Positions 50,291 through 60,002 of a stretch of DNA of 64,000 bases are shown here, piece after piece. The number at the start of each line of letters is the position of its first letter. Positions within the stretch are counted from its first letter, which is position 1. Position numbers and translations under genes: made by a program. Origin of the DNA: Bacteriovoracaceae bacterium (lineage in GTDB: Bacteria; Bdellovibrionota; Bacteriovoracia; Bacteriovoracales; Bacteriovoracaceae); assembly GCA_965217035.1 (NCBI GenBank), contig OZ244226.1, positions 434,001 to 498,000 on the forward strand. The letters run 5' to 3'. The notes below the pieces were generated by a model, which saw only the letters and a list, made by a program, of their open reading frames with translations, made no database searches and was not told the DNA's origin.

Positions 50291-51012
50291 TAAGAACTCC
50301 TTAAAGCCTTATAAGCCTTAGGAAGTCGCCACCAAGCAAGAAATGGATATTCGTGATGCTCTTCATGATACCCAAAGTGAAAACAAGTTATTAAACTCAA
50401 CCAAGTTGGATAATTATTAGATCGAGTTTTATGCTTTTGATCTGAGTTCTTGAAATCTTTATGAACTAAATAAGTTCCAAAATAGAAAAGTTGAAAAGCT
50501 GCAATCCATGATGGAATAGCAAAGTAGAGGATCATTTTCTCGAAGCTTCCTCCAATAAGATATACCGTTCCGACATGAATATGAATGAGAAGAAATTCTC
50601 TCCAGGTATAATAACGAACCATAAAACTCGTAAGCCATGGAAGAATTTTTTCTTTGTGAAAGTAGTCCGGATCTCGTTCTGTTGCTGGATGATCATGATG
50701 CTTCATATGATTGATGCGAAGTTTCTCATAAGAGAAACCTGCAAAAAGAAAGACTGCTATTCTTCCAACCCAGTCATTTAACCATGGTTTCGAGGGTGAT
50801 GTGAGCCCATGCATGCTATCATGACCAGTTATAAACATTCCTGTGAATAAGAAACTTTGAAACCAGATATGAAAGATAACTCTTCCCCAGGAAGGATCAG
50901 TCATTGTGAGCGAGATATAGAGATTTATAAACCATGTAGCGATGATAAAAAAAGCTATCAAAAGACTCATTCTCTCATGTTTCAATGATGGAATTTCAAA
51001 TGCATCATTCAT
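50290..51012 (-). CDS. Beta-carotene ketolase CrtW-like / fatty acid desaturase family
   Basis: GMFITGHDSMHG, HMKHH..P....DPD, QLFYFGTYL.H, CFHFGYHEEHH. Confidence 0.85.
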   Translation of the reverse strand: MNDAFEIPSLKHERMSLLIAFFIIATWFINLYISLTMTDPSWGRVIFHIWFQSFLFTGMFITGHDSMHGLTSPSKPWLNDWVGRIAVFLFAGFSYEKLRINHMKHHDHPATERDPDYFHKEKILPWLTSFMVRYYTWREFLLIHIHVGTVYLIGGSFEKMILYFAIPSWIAAFQLFYFGTYLVHKDFKNSDQKHKTRSNNYPTWLSLITCFHFGYHEEHHEYPFLAWWRLPKAYKALRSS

Positions 51013-51081
51013 TGCCTTATATTAAGTTCATCAGGTTAAAACCCAGTATAAACGTAACTTATACTAAAAAATGTCTAAGTT

Positions 51082-52158
51082 TTATCGAAGTGAACGATCT
51101 AATAATCGGATAGGTTTTCTTTCTAGTTTTTTAAGATCTTTTAACTTCTTTCTCATATCAATTTTATAGTCTTGTTGTAGCCTAGAAATAAGGAGATTCA
51201 TTTGCCCTGAATCGAAAAAAGATTCTCCTTTCCAAGCACCTAAGATTGCACCAGCAAGCTGAGCATAGGTATCGGTATCTTTTCCAAAATGAATTAAGTA
51301 ATAAAAAAGATCTTCCGGACTATTTTTAAAGTATTCCAAATAAGAAAATGTCACTGCTATGACAGCATAATCTTCCCACCAATAATAAGCAGGTACCATC
51401 TCTCTAATTTTATTTCTGAGATTAAATAAGTTTCTTGAACTCTTCCCTATTTGCTGACTTTTGACCAGCCAATGCTCAAGGGGTCTACCAATAAAGGGAG
51501 TTTCACGCATTTTATAAGGGTCAGTTTTTCGAAGCGTTTCAAAGAAACCGTCAAGAGTTGCATTCTCACCCAGTAAATAAGCAAGGCCTGCAACAATCGC
51601 ACAATTTATGTCAGTGGCAGTTCCAGAATCTAGCCAATTTAACTCCCAGCATTTCAAATAAGCTTGTTCTGGTAGTCCACTATAAGGAATCGCTAAAGGG
51701 ATTAAAGCCAACTGTCCTGATACGGTGGCAAGTCCAGACCAAAGTGCTCCTCTTGGTTTACGCCGAACTCCTGTCGCCAGATATTGGGCAACACTCATAT
51801 ACTCTTTTAACCACTCTTGTCGAAGAGAGTTATACTCATCGTTCTTCTTAAACTCTTCAACGTAACTTTTGGCCAATGACTTTTCTGTCCATTGTTTATT
51901 AGAGAGAAGAAAATCAATAAAAATGAGTTTATGTCGGCTATCATCAGTGATTGTTCCCGCTGGAGCAAAGTCCTTCCAGGCTCCAAAAGCAGTCGCCTTA
52001 CCAGGATAGCTAACAAGATTTCCATTAAATTTTACTGGCTTGCTAAACTCATGAGGACCACCAAGGGCATCGCCTAACATCGAGCCAAGAATAAGTCCTG
52101 AGACTCGGTCGTTACCAAAAGACGCAGAGATCAGAAAAACCAGCCAGAAAAATTTCAT
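51082..52158 (-). CDS. ADP-ribosylglycohydrolase family protein with signal peptide
   Basis: LGDALGGPHEF, TDDS, DTDT...AGAILGA. Confidence 0.88.
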   Translation of the reverse strand: MKFFWLVFLISASFGNDRVSGLILGSMLGDALGGPHEFSKPVKFNGNLVSYPGKATAFGAWKDFAPAGTITDDSRHKLIFIDFLLSNKQWTEKSLAKSYVEEFKKNDEYNSLRQEWLKEYMSVAQYLATGVRRKPRGALWSGLATVSGQLALIPLAIPYSGLPEQAYLKCWELNWLDSGTATDINCAIVAGLAYLLGENATLDGFFETLRKTDPYKMRETPFIGRPLEHWLVKSQQIGKSSRNLFNLRNKIREMVPAYYWWEDYAVIAVTFSYLEYFKNSPEDLFYYLIHFGKDTDTYAQLAGAILGAWKGESFFDSGQMNLLISRLQQDYKIDMRKKLKDLKKLERKPIRLLDRSLR

Positions 52159-52242
52159 TTCATTATTCTAGCCGTCACTCAAGGGAAATGGCGAAAGAAA
52201 GATGGCAATGCACCGCAAAGAAATAAAAAAATAAAAACTCCT

Positions 52243-53238
52243 CTAATTACGGTTGAGCAAAAGCTCAAGATAACGCTCTCTCAGCTTAAGACTTTTCATT
52301 CGGAAATTTACATTTTTTACATGTTGATCAGAGCTTTCAGGACTAAGCTCTATTCCCCAAAGTGGATAGATGCTATCTGGAGAGAGAGAATAACGAACGT
52401 CCCCTATTGCATTCTTATCATCAGGGTGGACTGCCAGATAATCCTTTGAAAACCAGCGAAACTTTTCAATATCGATTGAATGCTGAGAGCCTTTTTCAAC
52501 CCATGGAAAATCCTCTTCTAAAGAGAGCTTTTTTATCTTCTCACCTGTGAACCATCGAGGACTCAAACCAACCTTTACAGCATCAGCATAGAAATAACCT
52601 TCATGTTCATAAAGGACTCTCCATAAGTAAAGATTCCCAAGAGAAGGCCGTGCAGTTAAGCGTTGAGGTGTATGACCTCGACTCTTGGCCAATTCATATC
52701 CTATATCTTCTGCACGATAGCCTTGAACCACTCCAATCGAGAGATAGCAAAAAACATAAAGCATTCCAATCCGTGCAATTCGATGATTTTTTTTCCTTAT
52801 AGAAAAGATAATAAAAAAAATAAGAGGCAGAGTAAAAAGTGGATCAATAATCGAAACATTATTCCAAGCAAAGCGATGATCGGAAACTGGCCAAAACAGA
52901 AGAGTTCCATAGCTTGTACAAGCATCTAACAAACCATGCGTACCATAACCTAGAATAGAATAAAGATAGTTTTGCTTGAAGCCTATTTTATTCTTTAAGA
53001 AGATATGAAGAAAAGAACTAACGATGAAGGCCCCAATAGGAACAAACAAAAGTGAATGAGTGAAATGACGGTGATAAAGATAATAAATCATTGGATCGAT
53101 TTCTGAGCGAATTAAAATATCTAAATCAGGAGCCATTCCTGAAAGCACACCAATCAAAAAGGCCCACTTAAATTCTTTTGTCTTTGAGAAGCTTTGCGAT
53201 GCTAAAGCTCCCAATGAACCTTGCGTGAAAGGATCCAT
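52243..53238 (-). CDS. Inner-membrane metal-dependent hydrolase (YdjM-like)
   Basis: MDP.TQG.LG, PDLD, HRHFTHS, HGLLDACTSYGT. Confidence 0.88.
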   Translation of the reverse strand: MDPFTQGSLGALASQSFSKTKEFKWAFLIGVLSGMAPDLDILIRSEIDPMIYYLYHRHFTHSLLFVPIGAFIVSSFLHIFLKNKIGFKQNYLYSILGYGTHGLLDACTSYGTLLFWPVSDHRFAWNNVSIIDPLFTLPLIFFIIFSIRKKNHRIARIGMLYVFCYLSIGVVQGYRAEDIGYELAKSRGHTPQRLTARPSLGNLYLWRVLYEHEGYFYADAVKVGLSPRWFTGEKIKKLSLEEDFPWVEKGSQHSIDIEKFRWFSKDYLAVHPDDKNAIGDVRYSLSPDSIYPLWGIELSPESSDQHVKNVNFRMKSLKLRERYLELLLNRN

Positions 53239-53263
53239 GCATTACTCCCTTAGAGGATTATAA

Positions 53264-53563
53264 TCAGATTTTTAGCAATGAGCAGGCCCATATGTAATGT
53301 ATGTTCAAGAACAAAAATAAATCAAGGCCTTCTCGGGGACCTCTGAACGAGTCACTAACCGACTCGTTTTGGATTCTCTCATCTTTTTCATCCATTCTCC
53401 AGCCAACAGCTCCAAAGCCATCTAGACAGATATTTTGTAAAGTTTGAAAATAGAGCGCTCTTCGATAAACATTTTCAAGCATAAGATCGTGAGATTTAAG
53501 ACTCATGGAGGGGTAATCATCAACAATAGTTGATTCGAACTTATTTTCAGATTTATCTACCAA
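53264..53563 (-). CDS. Hypothetical protein (weak; start uncertain)
   Basis: 99-aa ORF filling an intergenic gap; no motif recognised. Confidence 0.4.
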   Translation of the reverse strand: MVDKSENKFESTIVDDYPSMSLKSHDLMLENVYRRALYFQTLQNICLDGFGAVGWRMDEKDERIQNESVSDSFRGPREGLDLFLFLNIHYIWACSLLKI

Positions 53564-53698
53564 TGATTCTTGAAAGATTTGGTCAAAGGAATCGAAACTT
53601 TCTGGTTTTATAAATTATTCTACTACCCTCATAGGCTTAGATTAGAAAATCTCACAATTTTAGACTTGTTAAAATTGAATAAAGTTTGAGTTAAGGAA

Positions 53699-53720
53699 GG
53701 CTCAGAGCATGCTCTGAGCC
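53699..53720. terminator. Perfect palindromic hairpin after S8 gene
   Basis: GGCTCAGAGCATGCTCTGAGCC. Confidence 0.6.
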
Positions 53721-53728
53721 AAGATGAT

Positions 53729-55357
53729 TTATTCAAGAATATACTGAATTTCTCTAAGTTTGAAACCATGTCTTTCAACCGATGCATCTGACTTGAAGTT
53801 CATATCAAGAGTATTTCCGTCTGCGTAATCAGTGGTATAACCGTCTATTTGTTTTCCACTAATGACTTCGACTACTTCTCCCTGAGCATCTTTAATCGTT
53901 AATGTGTCATATCTTTTCTCTGAATCGAATTTTTCAAAAACAGCTCTGATAAATTTTGCTCCAGCAACATTGAAAGACTTTGATATATCAGTTTTGCTCT
54001 CGTAAGGATGATTCGTTTCAAACGCTTGACTCGCATCAGCTTTCCACGCTTTTGGATCAGGTCTCTCTGGTTGATTTTCTCCCTCTTGGTTGAGAAGAAA
54101 TCTTACAGTATCGACGTGTCCTTTCGCTCTAAGCTTTTTCTTAAAATTCGCTACATATTTTGAAGAATTTATGAGCTGTTCTTTTATTTTTTTAGGATCA
54201 GTTTTTCCATGCTTTGTTAGATAAAGCCCAATCATTCCAGAAACATGAGGTGTCGCCATTGATGTTCCAGAATAGACTTCATATTTATTGTCTAAAACAG
54301 TTGAGAGAATATTCCTTCCAGGAGCTAAAATATCAACCGTCTTTCTTCCAAAACTTGTAAAAGTTGCTAGTTCACCTTGCGCATTTCCTGCTGCAACGCT
54401 AATAACATTATCAATCTCGTAACCTGCTGGGTAATAACTTGAAATATCGTTATTGTTTTTACTATTACCCGCTGCTGCAGTAAAAATAATTCCAGCTTCA
54501 TTTGCTTTAGTAATCGCATCATTTAATGCTTGAGAATAAGGTCCGCCTCCCCAGGAGTTAGACATAATGTCTGCACCCATTTTCCTAGCATAATCAACAG
54601 AACGAATCGCTCCCTCAGTAGTACCACCATCTTCAGCAAGAAACTTAAGGGCCATCAACTTAACATTGGCCATAACACCCGCAACTCCAATTTTATTATC
54701 GTGAACCGCGCCTATGGTACCCGCACAATGTGTTCCATGACCGTGATCATCCATTGGGTCAGCATCATCATTCTTAAAATCATAACCATAGATATCGTCG
54801 ACATAACCATTCCCATCATCATCAACATCAGGTTTACCATTTAATTCAGCTTCGTTTTTCCAAATATTAGCTTTTAAATCTTCATGGTTATAATCAATTC
54901 CTGTGTCGATAACTGCAACAACGATATCTTTGGAACCTTTAGTGATCGCCCAGGCAGCCTTCGCTTTAATATCAACACCTGCAACACCATTTTTAGTGCC
55001 ACCATCTCTTAAGGGTTCATTTTTTCCGGTATTCTCTAATCCCCAAAGAAGTCCAGAGTCTGGATCGTCTGTTAACTGCCCTTGTCTTTCTCCAATCATT
55101 TTATAGATAAAGTTAGGCTCAACGTATTCGACGTTCTTAAGGGTTGACTTTAAAGTCCTTAAGGATTGAGCAGACTTTATGATAGCAAAATGAGAACCAA
55201 GTGCTTTGAAGTCTCTCTTGACTTCAATCCCTGCATTCCTTTGCGTGAGAAAGTTTTCATTTTTTAGTTTAACAATATACTCACCAGGTACGGCGTCGTA
55301 TTCATTAGAAAAAATAGAAAATGAAAACAGAAAAGCAAAAAGTAAAATTCCTTTCAT
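53729..55357 (-). CDS. Secreted S8 subtilisin-like protease with C-terminal CUB-like domain
   Basis: VIDTG, HGTHCAG, AAGN, GTSMATPHV; FDSEKRYD...F.SD.SV...GF. Confidence 0.93.
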   Translation of the reverse strand: MKGILLFAFLFSFSIFSNEYDAVPGEYIVKLKNENFLTQRNAGIEVKRDFKALGSHFAIIKSAQSLRTLKSTLKNVEYVEPNFIYKMIGERQGQLTDDPDSGLLWGLENTGKNEPLRDGGTKNGVAGVDIKAKAAWAITKGSKDIVVAVIDTGIDYNHEDLKANIWKNEAELNGKPDVDDDGNGYVDDIYGYDFKNDDADPMDDHGHGTHCAGTIGAVHDNKIGVAGVMANVKLMALKFLAEDGGTTEGAIRSVDYARKMGADIMSNSWGGGPYSQALNDAITKANEAGIIFTAAAGNSKNNNDISSYYPAGYEIDNVISVAAGNAQGELATFTSFGRKTVDILAPGRNILSTVLDNKYEVYSGTSMATPHVSGMIGLYLTKHGKTDPKKIKEQLINSSKYVANFKKKLRAKGHVDTVRFLLNQEGENQPERPDPKAWKADASQAFETNHPYESKTDISKSFNVAGAKFIRAVFEKFDSEKRYDTLTIKDAQGEVVEVISGKQIDGYTTDYADGNTLDMNFKSDASVERHGFKLREIQYILE

Positions 55358-55486
55358 GATGTTTCCTTCTGATAGAGTTTTTAATAGTGTACTGCGATGC
55401 AAAGCAATGATTTTCGTTGAGACACTTTTTTCCTAGTAAATCAGTAAACGTTTGTCAGATGTCATTTGGTTTGCTTCCATTAGCAC

Positions 55487-56236
55487 ATGAAAAACTACCT
55501 CAATTCACTTCAAGGAAAATCAATTGTTATTACTGGAACTAGCGCCGGTATTGGACTTGCCACCGCTCAACTTCTTTGTGAGATAGGTTGCTCCGTCACT
55601 GGAATTTCTCGAAGAAATCAAAGTAAGAAAATTAATTCAGACAACTACAAGCACCTTTCAGGTGACCTTAATGATCATGCATTTCTGAAGTCTTTGTTTA
55701 ATGACAATATTTTTAATTGTGATGTGTTTATTAATAATGCTGGCCTTGCACTTGGGAAAGATCACTTTATCAATGCGAAAGAAGAAGATATTGAACTTGT
55801 TATTCAGACGAATATCTCAACCGCATTCAAAATAGCTCAAGAAGCCCTTAAGAAAATGAAAACTCGTGGTGAGGGTGATATCGTTAATATTTGTTCTATT
55901 GCTTCTCATGAAGCCTATGCCGGCGGAGTAGTTTATTGTGCTAGTAAACATGCACTGCTTGCAATGGGGAAAGCTCTCAGGGCCGAAACATATGGTGAAA
56001 ATATACGAATCATTAACGTCTCCCCGGGAATGGTAGAAACAGAATTCAGTTTAGTGCGATTCAAAGGTGATGCCGAGAAAGCAAAAAAAACCTATGAAGG
56101 TTTCAGCCCATTAAACCCTGAGGACATTGCTTATCAAATTTACAATGCTATTAGCTGTCCTCGGCATGTAAATCTAGATGAAATTATTATTCTAGCAACT
56201 GACCAGTCAGGAGCAACAAACGTAAAAAGAAAGTAA
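55487..56236 (+). CDS. Short-chain dehydrogenase (YdfG-like)
   Basis: TGTSAGIG, NNAGLALG, YCASK, PGMVETEFS. Confidence 0.9.
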   Translation: MKNYLNSLQGKSIVITGTSAGIGLATAQLLCEIGCSVTGISRRNQSKKINSDNYKHLSGDLNDHAFLKSLFNDNIFNCDVFINNAGLALGKDHFINAKEEDIELVIQTNISTAFKIAQEALKKMKTRGEGDIVNICSIASHEAYAGGVVYCASKHALLAMGKALRAETYGENIRIINVSPGMVETEFSLVRFKGDAEKAKKTYEGFSPLNPEDIAYQIYNAISCPRHVNLDEIIILATDQSGATNVKRK

Positions 56237-56237
56237 A

Positions 56238-56372
56238 TTAGTTTGAAGAAAGTCTGGTAAGACTCGACTTTGTTTGACTTGTTTTTGTTTCGCCAGCATC
56301 AAGATAATTATTCAAAGCAATTACGCCTAGCAGCAAAACAAACGCGAAGACTCTTTGCGTTGATCTATTCAT
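56238..56372 (-). CDS. 44-aa single-TM small protein (below ORF-track cutoff)
   Basis: AGGAGG RBS; MNRSTQRVFAFVLLLGVIALNNYLDAGETKTSQTKSSLTRLSSN. Confidence 0.6.
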   Translation of the reverse strand: MNRSTQRVFAFVLLLGVIALNNYLDAGETKTSQTKSSLTRLSSN

Positions 56373-56582
56373 GTCGCCTCCTATCCCCTTCCTGGGTTCT
56401 TTTTCTTAAGCTTCTTAAGAAATGTTAAGGTTATGTTAAGGCACTTAATCCCAAATGGCAATTTTTTGACAAAAAAAACAATATATTACTTTGATCATAT
56501 GTTTTACCTATTGCTGAATAGCAAAAATTGAATTCCCTCTCTCGCCCGTCAGCCTTAAGATGATATCAACAAAGGAGAGAGT

Positions 56583-56894
56583 ATGACCGAATTAGAAAAT
56601 GATAATCTTCAAGAACTGGTAAAAACCCATGACAAAGTTATAGTTCAGTATGGAGCTGGCTGGTGTGGTAATTGCCGAATGCTAAAACCAAAGTTTAAAA
56701 ACCTGGCCAAAGAAACTCCCGATGTCACATTTCTCTACGTTGACGCTGAAAAATACCCTAATTCTCGCCAACTCGCCAAAGTAGATAACCTTCCAACCTT
56801 TGCTGGTTTCTCAAATGGTGAACTCGTTTCTCAAAACCAAGGAAACAAGATTGAAATCGTAAAGGATATCTTAAGTGAAATTACCGGTAATTAA
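56583..56894 (+). CDS. Thioredoxin family protein
   Basis: WCGNC active site; AAGGAG RBS. Confidence 0.9.
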   Translation: MTELENDNLQELVKTHDKVIVQYGAGWCGNCRMLKPKFKNLAKETPDVTFLYVDAEKYPNSRQLAKVDNLPTFAGFSNGELVSQNQGNKIEIVKDILSEITGN

Positions 56895-57132
56895 GCAAGC
56901 AACAAATTTCATTCAAGAAAATGATGAAGACTTCGTTCTTGAAACGATTGAAGTTTTAGAAAATCTTTCTGAAGCTTCCGGTTGGAAGGACGAAGAGCTC
57001 AATACCATTGGGGAAATTCTCAGTAATCTTTATGGCTCTATCGAAGTCGCGAAAGAAGTAAAATCGGGAACTCCTCAAAAAGAAGCTCTTAATAATTTCA
57101 TGAAAAGAGTCATGGGATCGATTGATCGTTAA
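56875..57132 (+). CDS. Conserved small acidic protein coupled to thioredoxin
   Basis: MKLPVIK...IGEILSN.YG..EV...ALN.FMKRV.GSID. Confidence 0.75.
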   Translation: MKLPVIKQATNFIQENDEDFVLETIEVLENLSEASGWKDEELNTIGEILSNLYGSIEVAKEVKSGTPQKEALNNFMKRVMGSIDR

Positions 57133-58088
57133 AGAGATCCAATCGTTGCTTGCAAAGTAAAAAGCAAGCCTCCCACTCTTTTAAAATTTTGGTTTCTTGG
57201 AAAGGTCATGTAAGGAGTCAATTCATAAAAGAACCAAGTTTTCATCAATCTTTGTCTATAAGTAACTCCGAAATAATAATTATCAAGTTCGTATTGCGGT
57301 TTACTTGAAGAATTTGCCCTAAGCGAATAGAACATGTCTCTTCTATCTGAAAGTCTATGGTGAACTGTCGGGCCTTGTGAAACGAGAGTCTCTTTTGTGC
57401 TCTTAAACCAAGTCGCATCATTAATAAAGGAGAAATAGATATCCTCTATGAGCTTCAAAGAATAGTTTAAACGCAAGTTTTGACTAAGATCTTGAGTATT
57501 ATCCCAATAACTCTGAGTAAGAAATGCGATATTCCCATCTCCAGTTTTGAAGTTTCGATTGATGCGAAGACGTGTATAAGGAACTACTGACTGAGCTAAT
57601 CTTAAACCTGTAGAAAGCTTGAGATTGAACTTTTTCACATCATCAAGTAAATAGCTAAATCCAGCTCTAACATCTTCATCATTTTGAATAGCTTCTGTCT
57701 GCGCAACCCTTTTATCACTATCAACGAGACCATCTTGCTCAGTGTCTGCTTTTTTCTCAAGGTCAAATCGTAATCTTCTCTGAAGATTTGGAAGACGAAA
57801 ATCTAATTGGAAAAGAGTTTCCTGAGTTTGGTCTGAACCTGCTTGGTTTCTCCAAATATTGAAAAGTCGAACTCGAGTTCCATTTTGCTCTAATAACGAA
57901 GCCTTATCTCCAAACAAACTATCGATTTGATTAGAAAAAATAACTAATTGATCGGACAGCCACTGTTGTCCCCCATAAACAGACTCTTTCATGGAAAAAG
58001 AACTTTCATTACCATTAAGAGTCGACTCTATACTCTGACTAAAAGAAGCAGAGACAAAAAGAAAGGAAAGGATGACCAGCCATTTCAT
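57129..58088 (-). CDS. Putative outer-membrane beta-barrel protein
   Basis: Signal peptide from MKWLV; IDSLFG, RLPNL, YRQRL..W.FYELTP. Confidence 0.7.
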   Translation of the reverse strand: MKWLVILSFLFVSASFSQSIESTLNGNESSFSMKESVYGGQQWLSDQLVIFSNQIDSLFGDKASLLEQNGTRVRLFNIWRNQAGSDQTQETLFQLDFRLPNLQRRLRFDLEKKADTEQDGLVDSDKRVAQTEAIQNDEDVRAGFSYLLDDVKKFNLKLSTGLRLAQSVVPYTRLRINRNFKTGDGNIAFLTQSYWDNTQDLSQNLRLNYSLKLIEDIYFSFINDATWFKSTKETLVSQGPTVHHRLSDRRDMFYSLRANSSSKPQYELDNYYFGVTYRQRLMKTWFFYELTPYMTFPRNQNFKRVGGLLFTLQATIGSL

Positions 58089-58181
58089 CTTCTTTATCGT
58101 ATCTCGTTTCAAGTTACTAGAAAATGCGGAAAACAATATTTTTGGGTCCTCAAGTCAACTCAAATCCAATATAATGGGCAT

Positions 58182-58889
58182 ATGGAGCAAGAAACTCGAG
58201 GAAAGTGTTATGAATGCTATCGACCTCGTAAAAACTGTCTATGCGGGTATATCCAGCCATTCGAAACATTGTTTCGCTTTGTGATTCTTATGCATCCGAA
58301 AGAAGCCAGAAAGCAACCGCTTGGAACAGGAAGAATCACGCATAAGTCCCTAGTAAATAGCGAAATTATTATTGATAAAAATTTTGATCATAATAAGAGA
58401 GTTCAGTCTTATCTAAAAAGCTCTGAGTGGGATTGCTATCTCCTTTATCCTGGCCGCCAAGCTGTAAACCTTTCGGAAAAAAAAGTTATGATAAAAGGTA
58501 AACCCTTACTTTTTATTCTTGATGGGACATGGCCATGTGCTAAATCTATGCTTCGAGATAGTCCGAGTCTTCATTCTCTACCAAGATTAAGCTTCACCAA
58601 TCAAAAAAAATCTCGTTTTTATATTAAGCATCAACCTGCTGAGTACTGCCTCTCAACCGTCGAATCCGTTTATGAAGTTCTTTCTCTTCTGGAAGAAAAT
58701 GGTATCGAAAAAAAGAACTCAAAAAAAGAAAGTATGTTAAAAGCATTAGACGAAATGGTTGCTTTTCAAGTCCAGTGTGCTAATGATCCTAATCTTGAAA
58801 GTTATAAAAGAAAAAAACCTTATAAATCTCCCTCAGAACGAAAGCCAAGTGTTAAGTGGGATGAGCGGAGTATTATTTTCCTAGACTGA
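58182..58889 (+). CDS. DTW-domain tRNA-uridine aminocarboxypropyltransferase
   Basis: C..C.RP...CLC, HPKE, TG, LDGTW..A, LSTVE. Confidence 0.9.
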   Translation: MEQETRGKCYECYRPRKNCLCGYIQPFETLFRFVILMHPKEARKQPLGTGRITHKSLVNSEIIIDKNFDHNKRVQSYLKSSEWDCYLLYPGRQAVNLSEKKVMIKGKPLLFILDGTWPCAKSMLRDSPSLHSLPRLSFTNQKKSRFYIKHQPAEYCLSTVESVYEVLSLLEENGIEKKNSKKESMLKALDEMVAFQVQCANDPNLESYKRKKPYKSPSERKPSVKWDERSIIFLD

Positions 58890-59960
58890 TGCTTCAGGTG
58901 GAATATGATTGAAAGTATGAAGCGTCTGGGTAGGAAATGCAAAACTAACATCCATCTTCTCTGCTAATTTCATCACATCGATTAAAAATTTTTGCTTCTC
59001 TTCAAGCTCTTCAGTCCAGTCTCTTACTTCCCAAAACATATAAATGAGAATATCTAAAGAACTCGATCCAAGACCATTGAAATAAATATTAAAATTATCT
59101 TTTCTCGTTTTTGGATGAGACCGTATAATCTCTCTGATTCCTTCTACAAAACTTTCAATCTTATCTGTAGGAGTTCCATATTCAATCCCAAAGGTCCCTT
59201 TGAATCTTCTGTAGCGTCGTTTCCCAAGATTATCGATATATTTGTTACTAAGAACACTATTAGGAATAGTCACGACAGAATCATAAAAAGTTCTCACACG
59301 GGTACTTCGAAAACCAACTTCTTCAACTGAACCTTCTTTATCTTCAACAATGATATAATCACCTATTTCAAAAGGTTTATCGAGAATGATCATCACTGAA
59401 CCAAAAAGATTCGCAAGCGTATCTTTTGCTGCAAAAGCGAAGGCTAAACCACCAATTCCAAGCCCGGCAACAACACTTGTGACATCGATATTAAAAGTAT
59501 TAGCGAGATAAACGAGAAAAATGGCCCATAAAAGAACCTTGGAAGCTTTAGCAAGCATCGGGACCAGAACATCATCAAACTTATTATCTGTTTTCCCTGC
59601 TAACTTCTCAAAATGTTGAGCAAGAATATTAATAAAAGCATAAATCCCAAAAAATAAGGCAATGAAAAATAATTTTGATGTATAAAGTTGAAGTTTTTTC
59701 AATAAGTCTTCTTCAAAATCAAGGTACGGGTAAACCCAATAACCCATCGCAAAGATGAACATCAATCGTAAAGCAATATTCAACCGTCCTTGGTCCTTCT
59801 TATTAATTTGAAGAAACCTTCGCCCTCTCGAAAGAACTGACTTCAAGATAAAAGAGGTAATAATCTTACTAAAAATAGGAGAAAGCACGAGAAGACCAAC
59901 TAATGCAAGCCATTGTTGATTCATAAGATAAAAGGGAGCTTCGTGTAGCCAATTATACAT
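58881..59960 (-). CDS. Mechanosensitive channel MscS family
   Basis: GLGIGGLAFAFAAKDTLAN, PFEIGD, GFRSTRVR, IPNS, FAFPT. Confidence 0.93.
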   Translation of the reverse strand: MYNWLHEAPFYLMNQQWLALVGLLVLSPIFSKIITSFILKSVLSRGRRFLQINKKDQGRLNIALRLMFIFAMGYWVYPYLDFEEDLLKKLQLYTSKLFFIALFFGIYAFINILAQHFEKLAGKTDNKFDDVLVPMLAKASKVLLWAIFLVYLANTFNIDVTSVVAGLGIGGLAFAFAAKDTLANLFGSVMIILDKPFEIGDYIIVEDKEGSVEEVGFRSTRVRTFYDSVVTIPNSVLSNKYIDNLGKRRYRRFKGTFGIEYGTPTDKIESFVEGIREIIRSHPKTRKDNFNIYFNGLGSSSLDILIYMFWEVRDWTEELEEKQKFLIDVMKLAEKMDVSFAFPTQTLHTFNHIPPEASV

Positions 59961-60002
59961 GCTTGTATTCTAGAAATTTCCAGAAACTCTGTAAACTAGA
60001 GA

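Noticed and set aside
57948..58181. N-terminal extension of the DTW ORF
   Set aside because: Overlaps the opposite-strand gene; the Cys motif begins after ATG 58182
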